A DNA stretch of 64,000 nucleotides from Epiperipatus broadwayi. Taxonomy: Eukaryota > Animalia > Onychophora. The stretch lies in contig JAQFVV010000008.1 in assembly GCA_028023455.1 (NCBI GenBank), forward strand, positions 9,610,001 through 9,674,000, given 5' to 3'. Of the stretch, positions 13,601-27,050 are shown piece after piece; position 1 is the stretch's first letter; every line of letters begins with the position of its first letter. The position numbers and the translations under genes are program-made. The notes below the pieces were generated by a model that worked only from the letters and a program-made list of their open reading frames with translations, was not told the origin of the DNA and ran no database searches.

Positions 13601-16600
13601 ATCAATAAATATTTGAACAAATTATTACATAATCTAATATTTATTTTGTTAAAAGAGAAAAGTTGTAAATGCATGTCTTTTATCTAGGATTTGGATAAAG
13701 CAACAAAATATTCAGATTAAAAAAAAAAAAACAACTGCTGTTAATAATGATCAATAAGTACTTATACATTTTATATTCAAAATTCTATGTAGAATAATTT
13801 AAAATTATTAAAAAAATTTTTTTTCAAACTTGCATAACAAACTACATTCTATGAGTAAATTAAAATAATAATTTTAAAATTATTTAATTTTTATTTTTAG
13901 AACAATTATTATACTTTTTAAAATTCAATATTGTATATTAATTTTATAAGCACGTAGTACTTCATTTTTATTATTATATAATATTATTGGTAAAATTGCA
14001 TTTTCAATCAAATGCATAAAAGTCAATATAGCATCAATAATTAATGAGTTAATCCTTCAGATGATTTTCCCATAAAAAAATTGTATGCTTGGATGCACAT
14101 GAAATCAATAGCTATCTTTAATGTTATATGTTCATTTTAGATTCATTCTAATGGTAAAATCAACAACTAAGACAATATTTAAAATTTAATTCTAAAAACA
14201 AATCCAGAGATGGTAGGAATTGGTAGTTTCTTGATTTTTCTATATGAGACGACATCCAATTGGATTTGAAAGTATCCTTTTACAGTTACAATTTCAAAAA
14301 TAAAAATTCATATTTTTCATTTTATTTTACATATTGATTTTTTCCACACAATATTTCTATAATATTTATTATTTTAGAAAAATAATGTAATTAAGTTCAG
14401 ATTCTATTTACTTTTAGAAGACACATTGCCGTAACTTATAATTAGCTAGGAAAAACTCCTATAAACCATGCAGAATTATTTTTGCCATTCTTTTAAAACT
14501 AAATAATATTTTAAATTTAAGATAGAATTTCATTAGTTTTAAGTAGTATGAATAATAATTTATGTTTTTGAAAATGAATAAAAATAAGTCTGCTTTTTTT
14601 AATTTTAAATATTTGTCAATGTTACAGATGAATGACCAATAACAATAAAATGACATTTCTTATCAATCTGATTGCATAATTAAATTTTTTTTTCTTCTAA
14701 ATTTGCAAACATATTTCTAAATTATTTTGAAATTTAATAAGACCACCATTAGCTAAAACATTTATAAATAATTGATCAGCTAAAGTAATTTTATAAAAAC
14801 TAAGAATGACAAATATTTTTTAAGCAAAAAAAAAATAATAAAGTGAAATATATTCTTATCCTCTCATATGCTTTATGTTAGAATTTACCATACTGAATAT
14901 TTATTACTTAAAAAAAAAGACAACAATTTGCTGCAGCACTCCTTTAAATATGGCAATGCCTTTTTTTTTTTAATGATGACCATTTTGTAATACTGAAGTT
15001 ATTAAAAGCAATACATCTCTCTAATATAATCGAGTAGCAATCATGGTAAAAAATAAATAAATACATAATTCAAAATTGTTTTTTGGTCATATAAAGCAAT
15101 AAACTGTATCAAAAATAATTTGGAAAATACATATATTAACAAAAATACAATTTAATTTGTCTGATTTTTAATATTTTCAAAATCACAAAATCATTTAAAA
15201 ACATTTTTATTTTTTTGTAAATGTGAATATCCCTATTAAAAAAAAACACAAAAAAATTATGTTTACATAATTGTACAAATCTTATCTACATAATAAAGTG
15301 CATCAAAAATAAGTTAGAAAAAATGTTGTGCTGAAATACATTTTTCAGTCACTGTTTATATTGCACAAAGAATTTCAATTTACAACAACAACAAAAAAGA
15401 GAAGTTTTACTTGTTACATAATTACAAAATCTACAATAAACTGAATCAAAAATAAATTAGAAAATGTACATTCCATTTTCTAAAATATTTTTTTCCCCCT
15501 TACTTTATTACATTTTTTGAAATAACATCTCTTTGAGCAATATTTACAGCATATAAAGAAATCTCGGCTTACATTAAAAAAAATAAATTTAATTTATTAC
15601 TTAACTATTTGAAAGTAATTATAATCAAATAATACATTGTTTTCTTGCTTTTTATTCATATTTGCAAAAATCATTGAACCACTACTAAAAAAATATAACG
15701 GCAAGCGAAGAGAGATAAGAATATGTTTTTTGATGCTGTTGTATTTACAAACAAAAATAAAGAAAAACAATGTGTTCTATCAGTACTTTTTTGGGGGAAA
15801 AATTCAAGAAAAATAAATGTGCATTATATATATTTGTATCAAAATAATACAACAACTGACAGATGATAAGAAAAATTTCAAAATTTTAATAAGTAAGCAA
15901 TACAGTTTTAGCATCTTAAAGACTACAAAAAGCAACAACAAAAAACCAGGCAAAACTTTCACCAATGTTGGTAAATAATATTAATGTCCTGAAGGAAGAT
16001 TAGAAAGAGATTTAGATCGCTACTGTTATTCTGTTGCTACATTTTTCAGCAGAAATAATCTGGGTGAGATTGTAATAGTTCTAGAAATGTGCCTCTCATT
16101 CTCTTAACAATCTTGCATATGGCTTCAGTCCAAATATGTTTGATCGTCTGGGTGTGAGCTCCCATCATCAGATTGCCATAATACAAGTGAATGTTCATGG
16201 TCATTGATCTCAGTGTAGTCACTTATTCATAGATCTCAGTGTAGAGTAGTCACTTATTCAAGTGGATAACTAAAGTCAGATATGAATTATCTCTTGATGA
16301 TGTAAATTAGGATCGAGCTGCCCCAGTGCAGCACACGAGATATAGTTCTGTTTAACTAGAATGCCTAGAAATTGTGGTTTCTTTGGTTCAGAATGGACAG
16401 CCCCCCCCCCAATTTCTTCGAGATTAAAAAAAATTGTAAATTTGTCTCGAACAACAAAACTCACTATTTACATATTTTTTATTATTTCTGCAAAAAATGG
16501 GGTGTGGGTGTCACTATTTGCTTAGTTTTTTCAGTGATTTGGTGGCAACTCAAGGTATGCAAAAAAAAAAAAAGTATGCAGCACTTAATAAAACCTAATT

Positions 16601-17140
16601 TATTCATTGTGTACTTATAGCTCTAAGAAAGACTTAGAATGATCAAAACAATATAAAACAAATTGCATATATTAAAGATATATGGAATATGATTATCGTT
16701 TTTATTTATATCTATCATTGTGTAGTTATATACACAGAAAAGATCACATATTACATAAAATAAATGAGAAAATACCCATTGTTAACTTAAATTCCTTTTC
16801 CCCCATTAGTTTTATTTTATTACAATAAATTGTGTTTCAAATAGAATGTTACCATTTCAATTTGTATGACTTCATTTGATAAAATTTTATAATTAATATA
16901 TATATATATAGCAATTGTACTAATAAAAATAATATATTTAAATACAAGTTAAAGTTTTTGATTAATTATTAGTTTTATTACTAATAGTTAATTTTAGACT
17001 TCTTTAAAAAAAAAATTTAATAAATGTATCAAATTTTTTTTAAAAAATTTGGATTGAGATGAGTCAACTTTTTGAGTAACATAATCAAATATATATTGTG
17101 ACTGTATTTATGTAATAGACCTATTATATCTTTTCAAATC

Positions 17141-18336
17141 GGTATCAGTCTGCTAATCACTTTCTAATCTTGCGATATATACACGGAAACCTCTAACAAA
17201 ATTAAGTGATAAATTTATCAAACAGACCATGTGTACAAGTTATTTCATGACATTTTCACAAGATTTAGAAAGTCATTGGTAGACTGATACGTATGTGAAA
17301 AGGTCTAGCAACTCTAATACATAACGCTAATCGCACTAGATTAAATCTGAAAAACTACATTTTTAACAATGTGAAAATGTAAATTTGTACACAAAAATAA
17401 CACAAGTAATGCATTACGATACTAAATAATAATGACATGTTATCAAAGCTACCCACAAAAGTACGGCATTCTGCCATTATCACACGCACAACCAACAATT
17501 CCCACAATTTTATTTAAAATTAAAAAAATATATATACTATGTACATAAACTGGCATAAAGTTACAAAACAGCATTAAAGCAGAATTATCCAAAAATAAAA
17601 GTACATAAGTAAAAATTTAAAAAAAAACCCCAAATCTATTCTATCTCTTTAATAAGTTTATTAACTACAAAAATAATAAATATATTCACTACAAAATAGA
17701 CAGTAAAGCAAATAATAATAAAAAAATAAGTCTATTAACTATGGCAAAAAAGTAAAAAATGGATAGATAAAAAAAAAGAAAAAGAAAGAAAAACTCCCAA
17801 TTTACGTCTCCATCAATTTTTTTTAAAAAAGGACAGTCAAGGCATATGGTTATATGACATAATGGCTGCATGGGATTTTGATCGAGAAATGTCTAAGTAC
17901 AATTATTTTGTTAAAAAACAAAAAAATAAATTAGTAAACTTTTATCAAAATGTAAAAAAAAAATATTATTAAACTTTTATTAAAATGGAATCAATGAAGT
18001 GGATTGATTTTTTTAATATAGTCCAGAATACAAACAATAGCGATATCTTTTTTGTACATCGGGCAGATTGCATTTCTTTACTTGTAAACGCTTGGGGGAG
18101 GAGGTAAACTTTTATTAAAACAGAATCAATGAGATGAACTTATTTTTTTAATGTCATGATAGAGTATAATATATGTAGTATCTTTTAATTTTAAGTAAAA
18201 TTACTGGCTGTTATTGGGACAGCAGAATGCCATATCTTATGTGTGGGGGTGGGGTGGCTTCGATGGCACAAAATACTGCTTTATTGTCACAATGAAACAA
18301 AAACTCAAAACTACCTGTTTTTACTTAGTATTGCAA

Positions 18337-18367
<31 letters not shown>

Positions 18368-18678
18368 TTTTCTCAAAGCAACTTTATTACATCACTAAAG
18401 TATGATCCACCTGTGCAGAAACCACATTCTGTCACCTGCAACAGTGGGCCATAGAGGCTACAATGTTACATTGATATTCTGAAACTGGGTGGTGGCTCAA
18501 GGCAACAAAACCGCTTTATACAATAGATTAGGTATTACAGGTATATAAAAAATGCATTCCAAGTACAAACATAAAGAAAAAACACAAATTTATCACTTAA
18601 GTTTGTCAGAATTTCAGGTGTTCACATTGTGGAATGACATAATATTAAAAGATGTAGAAGCTCTAATAGGCAAGTACC
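17141..18678. mobile_element. Internally deleted Merlin-family DNA transposon
   Basis: 17190-18100 aligns by eye with 37350-38250, which carries a Merlin transposase C-terminus. The ends contain inverted copies of a ~100-bp subterminal unit, and the right end gcaagtacc resembles the ggaaagtacc end at 44672. Confidence 0.55.
18337..18366. repeat. (TAT)n microsatellite
   Basis: About 10 TAT units read directly from the sequence. Confidence 0.95.
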
Positions 18679-19299
18679 ATTTTGAATGTATAGTAATAAA
18701 AGATAAAAGAGATTTTTGATTTACAGTAAGTTTTGTACAATGTATTGCTACCATTATTTAGAATAAAGGTATATCTTATCAATAATCTCACCAATATTGC
18801 GACTGAGGGGGGGGGGGAAAAAAGAGAAGATAATTGTAAATATTTATATGGAATTCAAGATCTAAACAAAAATTCCACAATCAATAAAATAACAATGGAT
18901 AATTATGCAGTTATAATCCTAAACATATTTCTAGGGGGGAAAAAAATGCAACTCAAAATAAGCGGGAATTAAATCAGTAATATAAATAATTTTTTCATAG
19001 ATTATTTTTTGATTAGTTACTTGAACACAATATAATAACGTATATGCATGGATAAATATATACTGAAACAGTCAGTTTTATCCACCTGCCTGTTCACGTA
19101 TTTTATCCCACACCTATGTCTATGCCAGGTTTAAACCCCCTCTTGCTATATATGCAAAATCGTATATATATTACAGATATGTATTCATTTTGAAATATTT
19201 CTAGTTTAAGAAATATTTTAGTTTAAATTATTTAGACAATTTTATTGTTATATTACTGAAATCGCATATGTATATTTCCGTTGTTGTTATTCTACATGT

Positions 19300-22200
19300 A
19301 TAGTAATAAAATTAGTTTTCTACTAATTATCAAAGCAACTTTTAATTTTTGTAAACAACTTTTAAAATTAGGTCAAGCAATAGTCCTAAAATAGCGTGAA
19401 CTTGATTTTATAAATCTAAAATGTTAATAACAATTCCGCATAATTTTATAGCATTGTCACAATAAACTGGAAGAAAAAGCAGAAAAACAAAATCTAAATT
19501 AGTTGTCGTAATTAAAAATGTTTTTCTAAAAATAATGGGTTTTTCGAATAGTTTTAGCAATTAAATATATTTTTCTAAAATAAATAAATAAATGCGGACA
19601 AGCTTGTAAAAAAAAAAACAGGTGGTCAGAGTTAGAAAAATATAAATATTTAAAGTTTTGTTGCCAAGGATCGATCCTATATATAATAAGTAAATTGTAA
19701 ACAGAACCCATATTCATTTCACCTTCAAAATGATGGAGTAAAGTAGGCCATAACTCACCTCTCTCCTTGCTGGGAATGGAAAGAACTTTGGTCCGATAAA
19801 ACATGCTGTATGTCAACCAAGCAGCCCATGGAAAAACCTCCATTAACTTCAAATCATCGCCAAAAGTGTCAACTTATTATCTCCCAAGTGCTCAGAAATG
19901 CAACGAAGACAACAGACTGGTAAATTGATAAATTTTCACTCAGAACTCTGTTCATAAACTGTGACTTTCAATTCTTTATTTAAAAAGCTAGCTATTTCTT
20001 AAACCTACCTTTCCAAACACCTTTTCTAAAAGTCTACAAAGAAAGCTGTTAAATGCTAATGTTTAAATCTTGTCTGAATGTAAAACTTATAATGTTAAAT
20101 TCTCTTTTAAAATGTAAAACTATGATAATCTATTTTAAACTAAATGTATAATTTTCCGCGATCTTTTATGCCTATTTCTAATCTATTCAATTTATTCTAT
20201 AATTTTTATCATTTTAATATTATATACATTTAGTATGCCAAATAACTCGAAACCGCGAGTATTTATAAGTATAATTTTAGTTTAACAATCTGCGAAGACA
20301 ATTTCAAATCTTCGCTATAATAAATATTAAATAATTGAATTATTATTTTTCTCACTCGCTGTTTCGAGATCATATTATTATTTTACTGATTAATTTTTGG
20401 GTATTAATATTCTAATAATCAGTCGTTTTCTAGTTACAATTGTAATTTGCTTAACTCTAGTTATAAATTATAAGTATTTATATATGTAACTTGTACATCA
20501 TAGGAACTAGCCACAGAGATATTCTCAAAGCATATTTTAATGTTTTATTTGTAATTACCCCGCAAATATGCTTTGTCCTCCTCAAATTTATATATGTTGA
20601 GATGCAGGTGATAATCTTAAACTAGGTTACTAATTAATTTAGTCCCTAAATAGTATATTTGAAATACTAAATTTGAGAGCTGGGTTGTATAGATATGCAA
20701 ATAGACGCTATCTATTTTTAAGGCATGATAATATAATTTTACGAATTTGCGTTATATATTGTGACCGGTCGCTTATTCAACCGTTCATATAGGGATTGTG
20801 AGCTCCGAAACAAACATGATATAGCGTAAAGCTTATTTATTTTCCTATATCGATAGTTGTTCCTTATCAACATAAAGGGGCGCCAGATACGATGATTTAA
20901 TTTACAATTTAATTTTCTCGCATCACCTTACGTCATATCAAAACGGTTTCGAAGTCTAATCCCCGCCCATAAGCTCAAACTCCTAGCATGGACCAATAAG
21001 GGTCACTCAGGGTCGCGATGAAATTGTCTCAAGAATATCATTTTGGCAAAAGACACAATAATAACCAATGGAGAAGAAGCTTGGTTGATTTACAGATCGG
21101 TCCAAATATTGGGCCGGGTCATTGGTTATTTGCAACTAATAAGAAAGTTTGATTTATGCATCCTTATTTAAAAAAAAATGAGAAGATTATAATATCATCC
21201 CCCCGTTATCATATAATCCAATAGTATTACTCATACTAGCTTTATTGATATTTATTTATACTTGTTAATAATAGGCCCTCCCAACTCTTAAGTCTATCTT
21301 AACTACATAGTAAATAAACATCGTGACTTACGGCACGATGAAACTTAAAGAAATAAATAAAACAAAAAAAATAAGAAAGACAAATTTAAAAGTAAAATAA
21401 TTAACCGCATGAATAAATGCTGTTTATAATATAAAAAAAATATATTTTTAATTATAGAGAATGATTTGAGGAATGCTCGACTTGTTTAAAATAAAAAAAA
21501 GAGTTTATTGAATATAAAAAATGAAATATTAATTGATTGCTTTATTTGCACGCACATACACGCATTCTCACACTCGCGCAGAAAACATATTATGCATAAT
21601 AAACATGGATGATATAATATACTTCATTCTTTTACATTTGAAATTAAATGTGTTTTATAATTTAGTTGCGAAAGAAAACAATAATTATGATCAAAGTTCA
21701 TAACAGGAAAAGTCCTAAGATTTAAATATGAGGAACTATATGGCATCTGATATTTTATTTGCGAAGGTTGAGGTTAAAATATTAAGATTCAAATATGAGG
21801 GATTACGGATCATTTATAATTTTATGAAAAGTGAATTTAATTAGTTAGGAGATTGCCTTTTAAAGTCTACGAAAAGAATGAATGGGAGCATAAAAGAAAT
21901 AAAGTGTTTACCTAGGATTTTGCGTAGTCTTCTGCTGCTTCTAATTTGGCGAGGGTTCGAACCTGTTGGATACTGTTTCCATAATAAATGGTTATTCAAT
22001 TTATATAAGTCCTGTATAGTATGTTTGGACGATTTTTATATGTTAAGCGGAACAACGTTCTTGGACTGATTGGAGTACGATGTTTGGACGGCAATGTTGT
22101 TGATCGTTCATAGCTGTGGAGATGTTCTGGCGGCGGAGCGTCGATCAATCACTGAGGGGTTTCTTAGCCCATCATGACGATCGACGCTCTAAAGGTTAAT

Positions 22201-24110
22201 TTCACAGCGGTCATATCGGATAGGCCGGATAGCAAAAAAAAGAAAGTTCTAATTGTAGCTTCCGGAAGAATTTAAAATTTATAAGCGTAAGCAAAAACAA
22301 AACAAAGCATGTAAAACTGTAACCGAGAGCTAGCTGATGACAAAGACTAAGACTCATATTTATCTGGGTTGGTTATTATCTTAGGATCCAATCTCCACCC
22401 AGAGTTCAATATTCTCTGAGTTGTCGTTGGGGTCCGTGTCCTACGTAATGTTCATTCAATCCGTATGCTTGAGGCAATCTTAGTTTTAGGCAATCTCACT
22501 TTGCAATCTTAGTTAGAAACAATTCATACTTATTCACACTTTTTTGTGCATACATGCGTGTATGTTTTAAGATAACAATTTAACTTACATTAGTTTAAAA
22601 GTCGAGCATTTAATCTCAAAATCATCTCTATAAGCTTTTAACTTTCGCTATAGTTATAATTTGAAATAAACCCCTTTTTAATTACCCCCGCGGCATATAC
22701 AAGTAGAAATTACTTATTGAGATTTAAATATGGCATATTAGTAATATTTTATATTTTTATTTTTAGAGGATATTATTATAATAGATTATATGAAAGCCTT
22801 AAATTATTTAATCAGAAATATTAACATTTTATTTTATAGTGTATTTTTATAAAGCATTTAACGAAAACTACATTTATTTTTTTTATCATAAATTGAAAGT
22901 AAATAAAAAGAGTATTTACATTGCTTGTGTGTGTGGTTATATACATGTACTGACTTTGTCTCGGTACAATATGTATAAGTTGCGGATGTGTCCTTACTAA
23001 GTACGCAATGTACAATTATCTGCTTGCTGCATGTTTCTTGATGAGTTGCTGGCAGAGGTCACACTTATCCACTTAGTTTGGGTAAAGCACACTCTTTTAG
23101 AACTAGGGTACAAGGACCTAGATTATTCATAATTAATGCTTATCTGACTCCCTGAACTAATAATGTTCCTATTCATAGCAAGTTGAGCGGTTGTAGGTCA
23201 ACCGAGCTGAGGCTGAAGCCCATGAATAATGACCCATTCGCACCTTCTAGTTTATTAATATTTTAATATGTGCCATAGAGTATATATAGGTAAACCTATC
23301 ATAAACCAGTTTTCTCTCCCTTTATATTAAACGCTTATCTAGCGTCAGTGTATATCCTAATCTAGGTTAACACGATAACCTGCATATCTCTGAGCTTGAT
23401 TATGTGCTCAACTTAACTTTGTATAGATAGACGCCATAGGAGCGCTATTAAGTTAGTTATATAACTTTGGCTATGAAGTTCCATATGATTTAGCAGACTC
23501 CACAAGAGCTAGAAATTTGGCATATTAATATAGGCATAAACTTCAATACCACACTACATTTTATTGAACACTTATAATGAGATAACATGTAATATTAATT
23601 TCATTAGTTATGCGACACCTGCGTGCGTAATCTCTCACGTTCTCATTATATAATTGTGTATATTTTGATTTACTATTTCTTATTGTTTTATTAAATTATT
23701 AATATTTAAAATATAACTCGTTTTCATATCTTTATTGTCCGTGAGTTCATTTGATCCAACTCTAGATTTAATTGCACGTACATCATTATATCTATATGTA
23801 GATCATTCTATTAAATTTCATAATCAATCATTGATATATTAATTAATCACTTAATCATATGTGTGTATATCTGACCAAATCAGTGTTAAATTAGTTAATT
23901 TATGAGTCTTGTTTTATCCTGGGTGACTGTCGGACCATGGTTAAATTGAATGTCTGTGTAAGTTGAGAAATGTCATCCATAGGGTATTAGATCATTGAGC
24001 AGAGGTGAAAGGATTGAATGTTAGTCGGATTCTGGATCTCAGCATCCGCATTCGATCAGCTTTAGTGTATTTTGCTTGTGTTCTAGATTTTGTTACATGG
24101 GGGGACAATT
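19300..24110. mobile_element. Cluster of unclassified LTR-like, CpG-retaining repeat segments
   Basis: More CG dinucleotides than the flanks, AATAAA-containing end-like segments, an end TGTTACA-TGGGGG at about 24092-24104 and an ORF remnant at 19526..19852(-). No diagnostic pol motif seen. Confidence 0.3.
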
Positions 24111-24854
24111 CTTACCATTACAATACATAGATAGATTAATGGACATTTTATAAATATTGGAAACTCAATAGTGATAAAATAAAGAATGCAAAACAACAAT
24201 AAAGTTTATCATGATTAAAACAACTAGAAATTTTAAAAAACCCTCCAGTTTCAAATAAGCATTTTGTAGCAACATGGATTCTTATTTTTCAAAATTATTG
24301 TTAAAGTTGCCTAAGATAAAACTATCTGTCTATGATGCAATGCTAAAGCTAACATGTTTACATTTAAAAATCTGATAATTGGAAAATCTGATTACATTCA
24401 CCATAAAAATTCAAAAAGAATGATAACATGAAAGGCATAAGACTTGAGGATCTAAACCAAAAAGTGAAAAGTTTCAACCCATCTGCATCCATTATCGTAA
24501 TGCTTTTCTGTTAAATAATCCCATATATTTTCCCATATTACATAAAATCAAGTACATTCTCTGAAGAATATAAGGATTTTCAAACAGTTAAGGCAAAAAA
24601 AAATATTTTCTGAGTTGTAATTTATTAGCTTCAATTTTAACTAGTAATCTTCTTTTAAAGTAGAAATAATCTGCAAGTGCAACAAGAAGGCATATGACAG
24701 CTATTTTACCGATCATGAAGATGATTGCATTGCACATTATTGTTTTATACTTATCTGATCAATAATAATTTAACTTGATATTTTTACTTTCCAAATTAAG
24801 AATAGCTAAATAAATAATCATCTAGTGATCCATAATTGGATAGAAAGAATGAAA

Positions 24855-24925
24855 ACATTTAAGTTCCACCAGGGATTAAAACACAGGTTGAGAGCATGGC
24901 AGGTAGATGCGCTAAAACTAACTAA
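24855..24925 (-). repeat. Very decayed tRNA-like repeat
   Basis: Minus strand ttagttagttttagcgcatctacctgccatgctctcaacctgtgttttaatccctggtggaac follows a tRNA layout with a degenerate B-box. Confidence 0.25.
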
Positions 24926-26449
24926 TTTAATTCTTAGAAAATAATTATTCAATAAGTTTGTCAATAAATCATATTTTAATATAAAATTTCATTAAAATAA
25001 AGTCAAAAGTATGTATATTCTACCCTTTTTTTTTAAAAAAAAAAAAAAAAGGCAGAAACAAACTTTATGTTCAAAATTAAAGAACATGGAAATTAATTAC
25101 ATTTGTAGTGTGTGTATACATCTATAACTTGACTTACACACAAAAATAAGGGCAAAATTGTGTTTAAATTTAAAAAAAGGAAGAAGGGCATAAACTATTA
25201 AGATTAAATAGTTATTTTTCTTTTTTAACAAATTACGCATACACACACATAATAAATATACTTAAAACTCTTACGAGAATTGATAATATTTTTAATATTG
25301 TAGAAATAAATGGTTAACAATTACAGCATTCCACCCCCACCCCCTAAAATTGAATAAAAAATATACATGGAAACTTGCCATCAATGTTAAAATAAATTAA
25401 GAATTCTATAATTAATTACTGCTAAAAAGATGATTTCAAACTAACAATGTTTGCGCATGAAATCTAGGCCAGCATATTCCCTCAATGTAGTATTAAAACG
25501 AGGAAAGTTAAAATATACACAGCTGGTTCACAAAGACATCTAATCTAGGCAATATATAATAGAGTACATCCTTTGATATATTCCAATTTTAGTTTTTGCA
25601 TCTAGTGAGGCATTAGACCGTCTAGCAGGCTATCTAAATCCTCTAGTAATCTCTCTACTGGTCATACAAAAACGACAGCACAATTTTTAGTTTCCTTGAC
25701 AACACACATTAATGCCTGCTGTGCTTTGCAAAAATATTCCCCCTGAAGCAACTCTTGGTTCATTCTCTTCAAATTTCATTTCCTTATTGCTAAAGGGCAA
25801 CATTTTATTTTATGAAGTGAAACCTTGCATATTGTTCTTAAGTTTATAATAGAATGTGGTATTCTTTCCTAACCCCACCCTAGCTCGTTCAAACCTCCCC
25901 AACAAAATAATAATAATTTATATATTGATTTTATCCATTCAAAAATAATTTGTATTATAGATTTACAATATTTTATGAATAGTTCTGAGATACATTCTTT
26001 GTAAATCCCCCCCCCCCCCATTTTTTTTTTTTTGCTTAATTAGTGAGATGGGGAAACCGTATTTTTTCCCCCATAGTCTTATAAAGTGAGAGGAGGTACT
26101 GAGTTGGCCAAAATTAGAAAATAATAATTTCACCAAATGATAATTACCATAACATCAAAATCGCAGTTTGGTCTGCTGAATAAGTACTATCTGATCATCC
26201 TGTCATTGCTCCAGAATATCATAGGACCTACTAAGCAACTGACATAAAGTACTTGAATAAATTTTGTAAAAATTAATAATAATAAAAAATCGCAATGTTT
26301 GCTTTTTTCCTTGTTATAATTGTTAATCTTTGTCAATTATTACAGGATTAATCTCTCCAAATTTATACCAGAGCAATCCATCTACTGCCACCTCTTCTAG
26401 CAGCATATCCAAGCCAGTTTCATTTCATTCTCCTAATTCTCTCAATTAC

Positions 26450-27050
26450 AATTATTGTTTTTTCCCCTTTACTCATATATTTCAATTTCAATCTCCTATC
26501 TTCTTGATTCTAACAAATATTTCTTCTTCCTTCAGGGTGTGATCTGTGCAAAATCTGTAAGAATCAGTTAAGTGCCTAATTCTCAAATTCATAAATAGGA
26601 ACTACTAGAATAAATTTAGTAAAAACTTTTAATTTTAAGTATATAAGGATAGTTCCTTTTAATATTGAATTATTTCTATGAAAGCATTGGTATTTGTAAC
26701 TGTTATCTTCACTTTCTCCTTTTTTTATTTTTATGAAAATACATTTTAATCTTTTTGGCATAGGCTTTTTGTTAAAACAATCACATATATTGCAAAATCC
26801 AATTTACTTTTACTTCTTTTGCTTCTTATTTTTATTCACAAAAGTGTAAAATATGTGCAATAAAATATTTTGGAACCTAATCATTGCTTTTGTATTTTGA
26901 TAAATATCCTTCAGAATTTTAACAATATTTGTATTTATGTCATAAAGTTCCAAATTTTTAATAATAGCAGAAATACTAATGCACTTTAACATTTTTTAAA
27001 TTATTACTGTAATTTACAATTCCAACACAAAATGACGACTTATTGATTAT
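26450..27050 (-). pseudogene. Degraded LINE (RTE-like) reverse transcriptase fragment
   Basis: KCISISAIIKNLELYDINTNIVKILKDIYQNTKAMIRFQN matches the LINE RT region after the AFD motif (L...GI..K.I..IK.LY.NT...VR). It is followed by decayed downstream RT blocks with stops. Confidence 0.55.
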
